DNA of 63,445 nucleotides, counting the filler, from Octopus bimaculoides (lineage: Eukaryota): assembly GCF_001194135.2 (NCBI RefSeq). It is 9 parts of 9 records of this genome, joined end to end, with 100 filler letters (N's around TTAATTAATTAA, not from the genome) between each part and the next. Parts side by side here need not be neighbours in the genome. Positions count along the whole stretch, not along the records: positions 48,575 to 55,298 come from NC_068981.1; positions 55,399 to 57,327 come from NW_026409221.1; positions 57,428 to 61,854 come from NC_069002.1; positions 61,955 to 63,445 come from NW_026366739.1; 5 more parts are not named here. The stretch is one strand, 5' to 3'. This document shows positions 50,621 to 63,445 of the stretch, piece after piece (positions within the stretch are counted from its first letter, which is position 1; each line of letters begins with the position of its first letter). A model generated the notes under the pieces. The model saw only the letters and a program-made list of their open reading frames with translations, was not told the DNA's origin and made no database searches. Position numbers and translations under genes: made by a program.

Positions 50621-53600
50621 AAAAATACACATTGTGTTTATTGAACAATATTTATCTTTCACTAGATGGAGTACTTTTTTTGATCTTACCTTCACGGAAC
50701 AGTATACACACACACGCACATACACACACACGCACATACACACACTGTCTCACTCACACACTGTCTCACTCACACACATACATACATACATACATATATA
50801 CATACAAACATACGTACATAAATACACACATACATACATGCATACATATATGTTAATGTGTGTATGTGTATATACAAATGTTTGTGTGTATGATTCTGAA
50901 TGTCTGTATCTGTACGTGTGTGTTTGTGTCTATGTCTAAAGATACTCTGCGATGTATTATCAGTGACGTTTCTAGTGTCTTACCATTTTGAGGTTAGATG
51001 ACACATACTCACTATGACTGAGACAGGATAAATTGAGTCACACAGCGGATCCCAGGATCGGCTGTACTTTGGCGTTCCTGTTTTAATCAAACTCATCTAG
51101 CTGTCTGCTATGGAACTTCGTCGAAGGAACTTGTCGCCCTATCATTGTCTCGAAACCTATCTAGAGCATGCAAATTAAAGGCCCCACAAAAGCCCGGTGG
51201 CTTGTTCGCAAAGTATCAACAACCTTTGGTGTCTGCACTGCTCTCCAAGCTCCTCAAATTTGCTGAGGTTTATCTCATTACATTCTTTCACGTATTCTTC
51301 TCATAGTACAGTCTGTCCATTCATGGGTAGACGTTTGGTGGTACCTTAGAATATAGCAATGTCTAGGTGTAATGTTACTGGTGCGTTGGACTTTGGGAAC
51401 TTAGTGTTAGGGTTATGTCCAATTAACAGAGATTACTTTTGCAGATATACTATACAGCAAAAATCATGTTTCCTTATCGCACCCAACTCTCACCTACATT
51501 ATGAGGTTGTTGATAGTCCTAATCACAGTCACTATTTTGTTTCTGCTTATTTTATGAAGTTCATGTCTCTACGTCTCACCAACAGAGTTGTAAAAGTTTG
51601 CTAGTAAACTTTACGAAGATCAGAATAAATATGTTCCTTTAGTCAGTTGTCTTTAAAATTGTTGTTGGCTCACAGCTGCATTATCTTTATTTTCGTACAA
51701 TTTGGTTTATCGGAGGGCATATATTGATGGAGTTATCTCCAACACTACTTGATTTCATAATTTAATATCCTTATTTACGGAAGGAGACTTAGTTAATAAA
51801 ACATTACACAATTCCCTACGTCACACGTGTGAAACCCAGGCATATGCGTCCTAGCATACATAATGTTACCTTATTGCTAATATTCATTACATATCACAGT
51901 TTACTACAATCAGCAATGAACTCTTTACAAATACCAATTGATAATTTACACAATGCACTTCGTATATTTACTAAATGCTTGTCAAATATGCATACTATTA
52001 AAGCTATAAGCGTAAAGTTTATTGTTCTATTCCGTTCTACAGAACTATGAGAGGCTTAATAAACATAAATTGAGACTTATGTAAACGAAACTAAATCCTG
52101 TAGGTATGTGACATAACATTCAAATAGTGGAGAATCATGAGATATCTTGATTATCTGTGCATTATGTATGGTGGCACCGGTTGTTTCAATAATTTTGTTG
52201 AATGATAATTTCAAAGGATATGCGTAAGGCCATTTAATATGCTATCACATGCAAAGAAAACGCTTTAGAAACCTTGTGAGAGTAAGCATTTGTTGTAAAA
52301 GGGATTTGTTTCTTCTACGTTTGTGTTTGCTCACCTACGTCCGTTTGGCAAAAATGTAAGTTGCTGTTATTGAAAGGTTCATAACGAACTTCTAAACTAC
52401 CTTTACCCTTGTAAGTAAAAACGCAACCACTTTCTCTCATGTTCTGAATATAAAAGAACATTTTAATAGCTCTATGTCCATGTATATAACTTCGGAAGAA
52501 GCGAACAATTAGGGGTTAGATACCGGGGTCAACAAAATAAAGAAACAGAAACGTGACCCATGATTTCTTTCATCAGTATCTTGAGATCTATACAGAAATT
52601 ATTAGCATAAATTTTGCGAAATTATTTTCAACTGACATAGAGTTGGAAATAAGCCAAATGCGCTGTTTCTATGTAATAGCCGAGTGTGCAAAAACAATTT
52701 TCCAAGCTCAAATCATCAGCTGTTATTATGTCTTTTGTTTCGTTGAACGCGAGTTACTATTATTGGAGCATGGGGGATTACATATTATATACATGTCCTG
52801 ACAACAACGTGAGTGAAAGCAAAGAGTATTGTAATAAACTAAAAGTATGCCGCTCAGATTTATGTCGATGAATTCGACCTGAGTGCTTATTTTAAGAAAC
52901 AGCGTTTCATATAAGATGGTCTGTGCCGTGTGGGAACGTGCATGTTAAAGAGTAGACCCAACGTTTCTTCTGCGTGTCGTAAAAGTCGACTGAAAGACGT
53001 TGACGTTGGATTGCACCGTAACCTCGTAAAGCACTCTCTAGCGGGGACTACCTAAACAGACGCATAGGTTGGAGTGTTTCTGTCTGAGTGGTGGAAAGAT
53101 GTCCTCCGACAGGAACGGGGAATCACCAACAAATGATAGTTGCAGCTACGTGCTGTTACAGTGCATGTTCCTCCTCCCCTCCTCCTCTTCCTCTCCTCCT
53201 CCTCTCCTCCTCNNNNNNNNNNNNNNNNNNNNNNNNNNNNNNNNNNNNNNNNNNNNNNNNNNNNNNNNNNNNNNNNNNNNNNNNNNNNNNNNNNNNNNNN
53301 NNNNNNNNNNNNNNNNNNNNNNNNNNNNNNNNNNNNNNNNNNNNNNNNNNNNNNNNNNNNNNNNNNNNNNNNNNNNNNNNNNNNNNNNNNNNNNNNNNNN
53401 NNNNNNNNNNNNNNNNNNNNNNNNNNNNNNNNNNNNNNNNNNNNNNNNNNNNNNNNNNNNNNNNNNNNNNNNNNNNNNNNNNNNNNNNNNNNNNNNNNNN
53501 NNNNNNNNNNNNNNNNNNNNNNNNNNNNNNNNNNNNNNNNNNNNNNNNNNNNNNNNNNNNNNNNNNNNNNNNNNNNNNNNNNNNNNNNNNNNNNNNNNNN

Positions 53601-53991
53601 NNNNNNNNNNNNNNNNNNNNNNNNNNNNNNNNNNNNNNNNNNNNNNNNNNNNNNNNNNNNNNNNNNNNNNNNNNNNNNNNNNNNNNNNNNNNNNNNNNNN
53701 NNNNNNNNNNNNNNNNNNNNNNNNNNNNNNNNNNNNNNNNNNNNNNNNNNNNNNNNNNNNNNNNNNNNNNNNNNNNNNNNNNNNNNNNNNNNNNNNNNNN
53801 NNNNNNNNNNNNNNNNNNNNNNNNNNNNNNNNNNNNNNNNNNNNNNNNNNNNNNNNNNNNNNNNNNNNNNNNNNNNNNNNNNNNNNNNNNNNNNNNNNNN
53901 NNNNNNNNNNNNNNNNNNNNNNNNNNNNNNNNNNNNNNNNNNNNNNNNNNNNNNNNNNNNNNNNNNNNNNNNNNNNNNNNNNNNNNNNNNN

Positions 53992-54050
<59 letters not shown>

Positions 54051-54967
54051 GTTTGTCATCACTATCTCACCGGACTGCCGACAAAAAAGAAACAGCAAAA
54101 AAAAAACAGCAAGGCCAATATACAATAACACTATATACATTAACGAAATTTTTCTAGCACTGGTACCAACATTTGGGATAACGGATTCAAACATATATAT
54201 GTTTATCGTTAAGGTGCATGAATCAATGGTTAAAGCGTCGGGCTTACAATCATGAGGTAGTGAGTTTGACTCTCAATCCGGGCTTTTTGTTATGTTCTTG
54301 AGGAAGACACCACCCAGTTGTAGAAATGAGTTAGGATGTCACTGATTCCGAACTGTATCGGACTTAGCCATTTCCTAGGATAACATCGGTGGTGTGGAGA
54401 GAGAAGAGTGGCATGGATGGCCGACTCAAACTCGCGCCATTACGATTGTGAGCCAAATACTCTAACCACTAAATCACATGCATTCACAAAAAATAAAAAC
54501 TGTATCAACAACTAAAATGAGAACGAGGATTAGAGTGATAAAACAAACAGCATCAGAAGCTCCACGTACAACAACAGATCGATCTCGATCTCATCTTGCT
54601 ATAAAGTGCAGATTACATATATTTCTTATCAGTGACACAAGGATACACTATTTCCGAATAAGACACACCGAGCACCAAATATTTATTGCGCCTTCTTTTC
54701 GTGACTCTCAATGGATGAGAGAAAGTTTTAAACATGACAGGATTTGAAGTGATGGGAACAAAAATGTATAACATTGTTTATTACAAAATGGTAAGAAAAT
54801 CTATTTATTTATGTCTTGGTTACCCTGCACTAATCCAAACTTATGTCAATGTATATATATTATTTGGAAGTAAATATAATGTACATTTAATCTATCATAT
54901 TAGTTTACATTCTAAAAGAAAGAAATCTTCAGGACTCGAATATAATTATAATATATATATATATATA

Positions 54968-55298
54968 TACATTGTTGGCAAACCGTCGCTTACGAGGTCG
55001 AAAGTTCCAGTTGATCCGATCAACGGAACAGCCTTCTGGTGAAATTAACGTGCAAGTGGCTGAGCACTCCACAGACACGTGTACCCTTAACGTAGTTCTC
55101 GGGGATATTCAGCGTGACAAGGCTGACCCTTTGAATTACAGGCACAACAGAAACAGGAAGTAAGAGTGAGAGAAAATTATGGTGGAAGAGTACAGCAGGG
55201 TTCGCCACCATCCCCTGCCGGAGCCTCGTGGAGCTTTAGATGTTTTCGCTTAATAAACACTCACAAGACCCGGTCTGGGAATCGTATGACCGCGAGTC
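54968..55298 (-). mobile_element. tRNA-derived SINE, family D
   Basis: Minus strand: gactcgcggtcatacgattcccagaccggg (tRNA T-arm-like)...gaactacgttaagggtacacgtgtctgtggagtgctcagccac...gttgatcggatcaactggaac. Recalled as an abundant octopus SINE; the head runs into a gap. Confidence 0.7.
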
Positions 55299-55602
55299 NN
55301 NNNNNNNNNNNNNNNNNNNNNNNNNNNNNNNNNNNNNNNNNNTTAATTAATTAANNNNNNNNNNNNNNNNNNNNNNNNNNNNNNNNNNNNNNNNNNNNTT
55401 CTACCTGTCTATCTGTCTCTCTCACTTCGTCCACCTTCTGTGTGTCTCTCCCTTCCTATCTGCCTCATGCTTCTCTCTTCCTGCCTCTGTGTGTGTCAGT
55501 GTGTCTCTCTCACTCTCTCATTGAGCCTCTCTCTGCTTCTACTTGTCTATCTGTCTCCCTCCTCACCCACCTTTATTGTCTCTCTCTTCTTGTGTGTGTG
55601 TG

Positions 55603-55634
<32 letters not shown>

Positions 55635-57814
55635 TGCGTGTGTTCCTTTACAGCAGGACAGCTCTGCTCCAACAATCTTTTAATCAAATCCAGTTCAGTT
55701 ATAACCTTCTTACTCGCCCCACCCCAAACACCTCCCAGCAGACACTTTAATCTAGGCCTACNNNNNNNNNNNNNNNNNNNNNNNNNNNNNNNNNNNNNNN
55801 NNNNNNNNNNNNNNNNNNNNNNNNNNNNNNNNNNNNNNNNNNNNNNNNNNNNNNNNNNNNNNNNNNNNNNNNNNNNNNNNNNNNNNNNNNNNNNNNNNNN
55901 NNNNNNNNNNNNNNNNNNNNNNNNNNNNNNNNNNNNNNNNNNNNNNNNNNNNNNNNNNNNNNNNNNNNNNNNNNNNNNNNNNNNNNNNNNNNNNNNNNNN
56001 NNNNNNNNNNNNNNNNNNNNNNNNNNNNNNNNNNNNNNNNNNNNNNNNNNNNNNNNNNNNNNNNNNNNNNNNNNNNNNNNNNNNNNNNNNNNNNNNNNNN
56101 NNNNNNNNNNNNNNNNNNNNNNNNNNNNNNNNNNNNNNNNNNNNNNNNNNNNNNNNNNNNNNNNNNNNNNNNNNNNNNNNNNNNNNNNNNNNNNNNNNNN
56201 NNNNNNNNNNNNNNNNNNNNNNNNNNNNNNNNNNNNNNNNNNNNNNNNNNNNNNNNNNNNNNNNNNNNNNNNNNNNNNNNNNNNNNNNNNNNNNNNNNNN
56301 NNNNNNTGCCAATAGGAAACGCGCCAAAATAGATTGAAACATGGCAAAATAGATTACTGATAAGATATTGTTTCTGCCAACTGTTTCCTAGTTTTAAGTT
56401 GGTCTTCTTTCATTCATTCAACTTCTGTTTATCCATTCTTGCATGGCTTTAAACAGAAAGTTATTCTAAGACAGTATTTTATGGCTGGATGGACATCCTC
56501 TTGACAACCCTTACCTGTTTTGAAGTAAGGGATTGGGGGAAGGGGGGGGGGTTAAATATTTTATTCTGGAGGTTTTCAAGAGAACAGACTGACCAGTCAT
56601 AATGTCAATAAAGAACGTTGACATCGTCACCCATTCACTCAAGTAATAGCAAAGTAATATCAACTCTCACACATATTCAAACACACACACGATTCACTTC
56701 CCATAGCTTCCATCTACAAAATCCCCCACTCCAGATTCTCCTTGACTTGAGGCTACAGCAAAAGACATTTAACCAAGATGCTGTGCAGCGGGACCCATCC
56801 AGAAACCATATGGCTTATCATCCTTGCCATTGTTTTGATATCTCCTTGCGTGGGACAAACAGAGTTTATTGAGGCAGAATCAATGGTGAATATGACTAGA
56901 TGCATGAACATCTGGCCTCGGTCTCAATTGCACCGGGCTTCTGCTAGCTGAAGAATCTCATCTGGAAACACCATGTCTACAGATGGTGGCAGTAGTTCAC
57001 AGACTGAACTGATAGATCTTGGCCATTGACAGTTTTGTCATCTGTTCAGCATCTAGTCATGCTCACCATTGATGCAATAAGATTCAGTGGCCAAATACTT
57101 CATATCCACCAGCTTGCATCCCGTCATTTCAACATAACCCTGGCTCAAGTAGTCACATATTCTTTAACCCGAAACTGAAACACTGACAGGGGCTACTGCT
57201 CTGGAGAAGAGTGAACCTGAGAACAATGGGGGCTAAAATATGATTCTCCACTCCTCAACTCTCTGGAACTCTCAAACCAGGACCCCACAACAGGATGCAG
57301 TTTAAAATCACACCCAGGCCACAACACNNNNNNNNNNNNNNNNNNNNNNNNNNNNNNNNNNNNNNNNNNNNTTAATTAATTAANNNNNNNNNNNNNNNNN
57401 NNNNNNNNNNNNNNNNNNNNNNNNNNNAAAGTGAAAAAAAAAACTATGGCTACCGGAAGTTGACATTGAGGAACATTTTTAAAGAAGTGAATCTTAAATA
57501 TAAAGCAATATTATTTATTTTTAATTAGAGATAAAAAAAATCAAATGAAGAGCCTAACATTTATCCGAGGTCAAATTATTCATGCATCACAAGTATGGAA
57601 GTAAATGCTGAAGCCGTTTTCACGTGATAAGCGATTACACACACATCTCTATTTTATATATTAGAGATATATAATTTATAATAGGCATACTTATACTAAT
57701 AATAACTAGTTGTTAGAACTCAATATACTCAGGTTTTAGAGTAAATCATTGAGTACAGAGTATAATATTGATTAAAATTGGCAAAAGAACAAGAGTTATG
57801 TAATTGACTTCATT

Positions 57815-57860
57815 AGCTTACAGCTGTTTCTGCTGAGCCCTTATGCAACATCCTCTAGCT
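57815..57860 (-). ncRNA. Hammerhead-like motif with variant 5' core in a pLTR-like repeat (about 57680-58070)
   Basis: Minus strand: AGCT-agagga-TGTTG cataagggct CAGCA-GAAA-cagctg-TA-AGCT. Palindromic stem III ACAGCTGT; GUA triplet. Confidence 0.45.
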
Positions 57861-58077
57861 TCTTTGGAACCACTATATACATACTCTGATTTTCTCGAAA
57901 TTCTGTCTAAGTATATTTGGATCTACTTGTCATACATGAGGATTTACCTTCGATGTATGTCCTACTTACATTTACTGGTGTTTAATTATTGAATATTGTT
58001 AACCAAATTCTCTTAAAACTGAGTACTTTATTGGTGTCCACCTGGATTTTTTAATCCCTAATTTTTCCCTAATAATA

Positions 58078-58409
58078 TCATCATCGTCGTCATTTAATGT
58101 CTGTTTTCCCATCTAGCATGGGTTGGATGGTTCGACTGGGGTCTGGGAAGCCAGGAGGCTGCACCAGGCTCCAGTCTGATCTGACAGTGTTTCTACAGCT
58201 GGATGCCCTTCCTAACGCCAACCACTCAGAGAGTGTAGTGGGTGCTTTTTTTACATGCTACCAGCACAGGGGCCAGAGGAAGCTGGCATCAACCATGATT
58301 GGATGGTTCTTTTTATGTGTCACCAGCATGGGAGCCAGTGAAGGCGGCGCTGGCATTGGCCACGTTCAGGTGGTGCTTTTTACGTGCCGCCAGCATGGGG
58401 ATCATAACT
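58078..58409 (-). mobile_element. RTE-type LINE/SINE 3' tail ending in (GAT)n
   Basis: Plus strand catcatcgtcgtcatttaatgtctgttttcccatctagcatgggttgg...ctggatgcccttcctaacgccaacc..., with short internal tandem units. Related pieces at about 7300-7330 and 56480-56530. Confidence 0.65.
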
Positions 58410-60169
58410 ANNNNNNNNNNNNNNNNNNNNNNNNNNNNNNNNNNNNNNNNNNNNNNNNNNNNNNNNNNNNNNNNNNNNNNNNNNNNNNNNNNNNNNNNNN
58501 NNNNNNNNNNNNNNNNNNNNNNNNNNNNNNNNNNNNNNNNNNNNNNNNNNNNNNNNNNNNNNNNNNNNNNNNNNNNNNNNNNNNNNNNNNNNNNNNNNNN
58601 NNNNNNNNNNNNNNNNNNNNNNNNNNNNNNNNNNNNNNNNNNNNNNNNNNNNNNNNNNNNNNNNNNNNNNNNNNNNNNNNNNNNNNNNNNNNNATATATA
58701 TATATATATATATATATTTATATGTATGTATATATACATGTTTGTATACTTTTTAGCCAGATTCTTTTTCATCCTTATCATTAACCTCTTCTGCTTTTTC
58801 ATCATCATCATCATCATCATCATCACCTCCATCACCATCAACATCACCATGGATATTGTCACCACAACTATCGTCACCATCATCATTATCACCATCATCA
58901 CTGCTACCACCACCGCCGCCACCACCACCATCAAATTAATACCAAATTGGATATACCCCACTCTGAATGTCATTCTCTTCATTTCCATATCAGTTTTCCG
59001 TATTACATTTTCTTCGTTTTGTCCAGATATTCCGCCGAGTTGAGCTTCATTTTTCCTACATTTAATCCCTTCGCCAATGTCTTCTTTGCTTTGTTTTTCG
59101 TCCCATATTTTATATTTATAGATATCTTCATTGTTTTATTTATATGTTCGTTTATTTATTCATCTTCTTTTTTTTTTCTCGTCAGTTCTTTTATCTCATT
59201 GCCAATTCCATTCCATCATCAATCAATAGGAATTTGGATTCTTTATTGTCTATTGATATCTTTGCAGCCTTTTAGATGTCTGCGTAGAGTTGTGAGACAT
59301 GGTAAAGCGAGAGAGAATGATTGCATTGATTAGTCTATGAACCTCGTAATAAGTGTTTCGGAGAACTGGGCACTGGCTGGGTTGTTATGGTGATGGTGAT
59401 GGTGGTGGTGGCGGTGGCGGTGAACTGTTTAATGATGATTTGATGGCTTATAGCCTCATCGCAGCTGGTACTCTTAATTGGTAGCTTTATTTGTAGATAT
59501 ATAGGTGATGAGATGGATAGATAAAGAGATGGGTAGGTNNNNNNNNNNNNNNNNNNNNNNNNNNNNNNNNNNNNNNNNNNNNNNNNNNNNNNNNNNNNNN
59601 NNNNNNNNNNNNNNNNNNNNNNNNNNNNNNNNNNNNNNATCTCTCTCCCTGTATGTGTGTACATATATATATAGGTCCTTCATACAATTATATATATATA
59701 GAAATATATATATATATATTACACACACACACACACATATATCTTTGTATTTCTCTCTCCCTCTTGCTCTCTTTCCCCGTAGCTCTCTCTCTGTCAAAGA
59801 CAGACTCTGCAGATTATGTATAATGAGTGTGATGACCATTGGTAATAAGATGTATTGCTTCTGAATACAACTCCCCCCACCCTTTCCTTTGTCCATTCTT
59901 GGTCACCAAATGATATGTGGAATAGAAAGTAATTGAGTATTCTACCCAGGGAAAATTTAATTTGTCAGAAGCTAAGGGATTAAATGCAAACATTTAAATA
60001 TCTCTTTGAGACATTTGTTCATGAGTAGAGTCATTAGAGCATTGGCTACATTACCTCACAATATTTGACATGTTTGGTGGAAAAAGGAGATATTGAACGT
60101 TTTACACATTTTCCACGAAAGCTATTTTAAAGTTTTCCAAAGAATATTGATGTTTAGCTTTATATTTTT

Positions 60170-60362
60170 TGTGGTGTGCAAAAGAGACGATTGTGCTGGT
60201 ATGGTCATGTGGTGAGAATGGATGAGGATAGCTGTGTGAAAAAGTGCCACACCCTAGCAGTTGAGGGTACCCGTGGAAGAGGTAGACCCAGGAAGGCCTG
60301 GGATGGGGTGGTGAAGCGCGACCTCCGAACATTAGGCCTCACCGAGGCAATGACTTGTGACC
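60170..60362 (+). mobile_element. RTE-clade LINE ORF 3' end, fused to a SINE B head
   Basis: QKRRLCWYGHVVRMDEDSCVKKCHTLAVEGTRGRGRPRKAWDGVVKRDLRTLGLTEAMTCDRDL, containing the classic RTE RL.W.GHV.RM and RGRPRK.W motifs. Confidence 0.85.
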
Positions 60363-60735
60363 GAGACCTAGCATGGCTGTGTGATAAGAAGTTTGCTTCC
60401 CAGACCCATAGTTCTGGGTTCAGTCCCAATGTATNNNNNNNNNNTTAACAACAAACAAAATGAGGACAAATATCCGTCAAATGTAAATATTGTAGAAATT
60501 TTCTATTTTAAAAGATCGTACTTATGGGTTTATGGGTACCTCAAATATTCTATGTAAATTCCTCTCCGTGTAAATGCAGCCTTACTTACTCTGTATTTTC
60601 CTCCCTCAGACATCATTGTGTTCAAGTGCATGGCACCTCACTTACTTGCATCTTCAGATGCAAACCCTTGTTGTCCCTCAAATTCTTTGGTTGAGACTTG
60701 GGTGCAACTTATATAAATTAAAGCAAAACCAAACC

Positions 60736-60775
<40 letters not shown>

Positions 60776-60789
60776 TAATAATAATATTA

Positions 60790-61135
60790 TCATCAAAAAG
60801 GGAACTGAAAATTATTTAGGAATGATCCCTGGCTTACCATCCATGCAGGAAATGCAAAAGATTGTCTCATCTGGTACCTCACACGTATTGAGAAGAGCAT
60901 TGTTGCTGTGAATTTTCTTTCCTTTTTTTCCCCTTTATTTTATTTGTTTACTTTAAAAAAATTTTTCTCTCTGTATTTCTTTCCCTTTTTCTCTATCACA
61001 TGAATTTATAAATGAACAACCTGGTGTGTTTATTTTAATGGCCTACCAATGTATACAGTGCATTTCTCTGCCCTAGGTGTCAGGAAGGCACTCATCAAGA
61101 AATGGAAACAGAATTGAAAGAAGATGTTAATGAAA
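60790..61135 (+). mobile_element. Short Dong/R4-like 3' end with (TAA)n on both sides
   Basis: IKKGTENYLGMIPGLPSMQEMQKIVSSGTSHVLRRALLL*, then UTR. TAA runs at 60738-60787 and 61135-61170. Confidence 0.7.
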
Positions 61136-62746
61136 ATAATAGTAATAATAATTATAATAATGATAATAATTTCTTGTATTGGCCATGATGGCCTAACAAA
61201 AAAAAAAAGAAGAAAAACAAGTGTTAGTTGGAACATTAGGTTTGAGGGCAAAGAGTTCCAAGTCATTTGCAGTGCATAGTAACAAGAACTAGGAAATGGT
61301 TGTGATGTCTGGAGAAGATACCTTGTTAAATATATAAGAAGGGAGTAGTTAAGTTCTCATTACTGGGCACACAGTATAAATGCTAGGGCAGGCATAAGAC
61401 ATTGTGGGATCTCTGCGGATGGACTGACGTAATGAATTCACACAGGTGTAGTTAATCGTAAAAACATTTTTTAAGTCAAATCCAGGAATTAATCTATAGC
61501 TTGTTAGATGTAATTGATAGATTCTGTTGCCAAGGTGATGTAATTAGTGCTGGAAATGGCTGCAGCAGAATTCAGAGGAGATAGAGAAAGAAAGAAAGAA
61601 CTGGAAGAAGTCGATGAGGTGTTACCATTGTTGGAAAGAAATGGTCTCTGTCTCTCTGCCTCTCTCCCCTCACTTTGTTTCTCTCTGCCTGTTTTTTTCT
61701 CTCTCTTCTTTTATCTCTCTCCCTGTATGTGTGTACATATATATATAGGTCCTTCATACAATTATATATATATAGAAATATATATATATATATTACACAC
61801 ACACACACACATATATCTTTGTATTTCTCTCTCCCTCTTGCTCTCTTTCCCCGTNNNNNNNNNNNNNNNNNNNNNNNNNNNNNNNNNNNNNNNNNNNNTT
61901 AATTAATTAANNNNNNNNNNNNNNNNNNNNNNNNNNNNNNNNNNNNNNNNNNNNCTAAGCTAAGAGCATTAGACCCCTTTGTAAGAAAGCTAGAGAATGT
62001 GTACGGCAGGAAGGTCTAAAAACGTTGAATGTAGATTCGTCCCTTCATCTGGAGGTTTCCAAACAAGATTTCTAATGTTGATTCTTCATATTTTGCTGGT
62101 AGTTTACAGGCGTAAATTTGCGAACATGAAAGTAATATTTCTATATGATATGTGGTGGATTTATGGAAATAAGTCCCATAAAACTTATCAATTTAGATAA
62201 AAATGAAGACAAGTCGTTAAAATATATTTTGACGACTTGTCTTCTCCATTTTTAACTAAATTGATGAGTTTTATGGGACTTCTTTCCATAAATTCAACAC
62301 ACATCATATACAGGTATTACGATATATATATACATACAATAGGCGCAGGAGTGACTGTGTGGGAAGTAGCTTGCTTACCAACCACATGGTTCCGAGTTCA
62401 TTCCCACTGCGTGGCACATATATGTGCGTATGTATGTATGTATGTATGTATGTATGTATGTATGTATGTATGTATGTATGCGACGGGCTTCATTCAGTTT
62501 CCGTTTACCAAATCCTCTACCAAAGCTATGGTCGGCCTGAAGCTATATTAGAAGTCACTTGCCAAAGATCCAGGCAGTGGTTCCGAACCCGGGGCCAAGT
62601 GGTTGCGATGCAAGCCTCTTACTACAGAATCACAACTCCGCCTGTATAAAAATATATATATATATATACTGTGTGTGTGTGTGTTTGTGTGTNNNNNNNN
62701 NNGAGTGTATGTATGTATGTATGTGGGTGTGTTTGTGTTTGTGTGT

Positions 62747-62779
<33 letters not shown>

Positions 62780-63445
62780 TTCTGTTTGTATTTGTGTTCA
62801 GTTATCAAAAATAAAATAACGAATAATTATACCTTCATCTGATGGTTTATTTCTTTGCCTTTGTAGAGTACAAATTTATTGATGTGCAAGAATATAATTG
62901 AGAGAGTGACTTCGAATTTTCGGCCATTTAAGCCTTCGTACGATTTTCATTGCATTTGAAGTTATAGCATGTATCGTACTTGTTCAAGATCTGAGTGACT
63001 GACCATTACGAAACAACCAAGATGCCGAGCCTACGGAAACAAAACTGTTTGTAGCGCTAACATTTATTATGAACGTTATTTAACTATTTAACTTCTCTAT
63101 ACACAAACTCTCGTACACTCGCGTATTTTAGTTAACTAACAAGATGCTAAGGAATATGGGAATATATGAAAGATTGGAATCGGCAAACGTTACCGTTTCT
63201 CTGAGTAGCAATTAGCATTTGTTTAACTCGCTGATTGGAACGGAAGAAAATATTCATAACAAGTGCCCAAAAGCGAAAGCACTCTGGTCCAATGGTTATG
63301 ATATTATATCTGTGGGTGTGTGTTCGTCTGTGTGTATGTGTGTGTGTGTATGCGTGCATATATACATATATCTACACATACGCATACATACATGTATATA
63401 TATATGTGTATCTTTATGTATATGTGCATGTATATATATATATAT

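Larger units (their letters stand above)
59639..61854. repeat. Identical 142-bp direct repeat (59639-59780 = 61713-61854), each end next to a gap
   Basis: Base-for-base identity by eye, including microsatellite lengths; offset 2074 bp. Confidence 0.9.

Noticed and set aside
56820-57327. GC-richer block possibly from a LINE
   Set aside because: No recognisable protein motif in the frames I translated.
62984-63030. ctgagtga...gaaac as a hammerhead
   Set aside because: No stem II pairing and no NUH or stem I.

Overview
This is an AT-rich, microsatellite-saturated, gap-riddled animal genomic window. Its repeat content looks like an octopus draft assembly (inference from recalled repeat families). 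The only host coding sequence I can support is one 307-bp minus-strand exon (5032-5338) of a photoreceptor-specific nuclear receptor (NR2E3/PNR/Hr51 type). It encodes a Ser/Pro-rich N-terminus and the first zinc finger (P-box CNGCSG), with intron phases 1 and 2 as in human NR2E3 exon 2. The next exon was not found in 1-5031 and no certain first exon was found upstream. The rest is intronic or intergenic and consists of simple repeats and mobile-element remnants: several tRNA-derived SINE families, microsatellite-flanked RLE-type (Dong/R4-like) LINE ends, a 1.75-kb decayed Penelope-like element, RTE and CR1-like LINE ends, a mariner relic interrupted by a SINE with a 14-bp TSD, a hAT MITE and Helentron/HINE-like elements. 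The most unusual signal is a set of at least five dispersed minimal type-I hammerhead-ribozyme-like folds with variant cores, in short repeats beside microsatellites (probable Penelope pLTR or retrozyme-like elements). Inverted SINE pairs also lie just downstream of the zinc-finger exon. Nearly all long ORFs in the supplied track are microsatellite or N-gap artefacts. The eight TTAATTAATTAA islands inside gaps are an assembly linker. No CRISPR, rRNA or true tRNA genes were seen.
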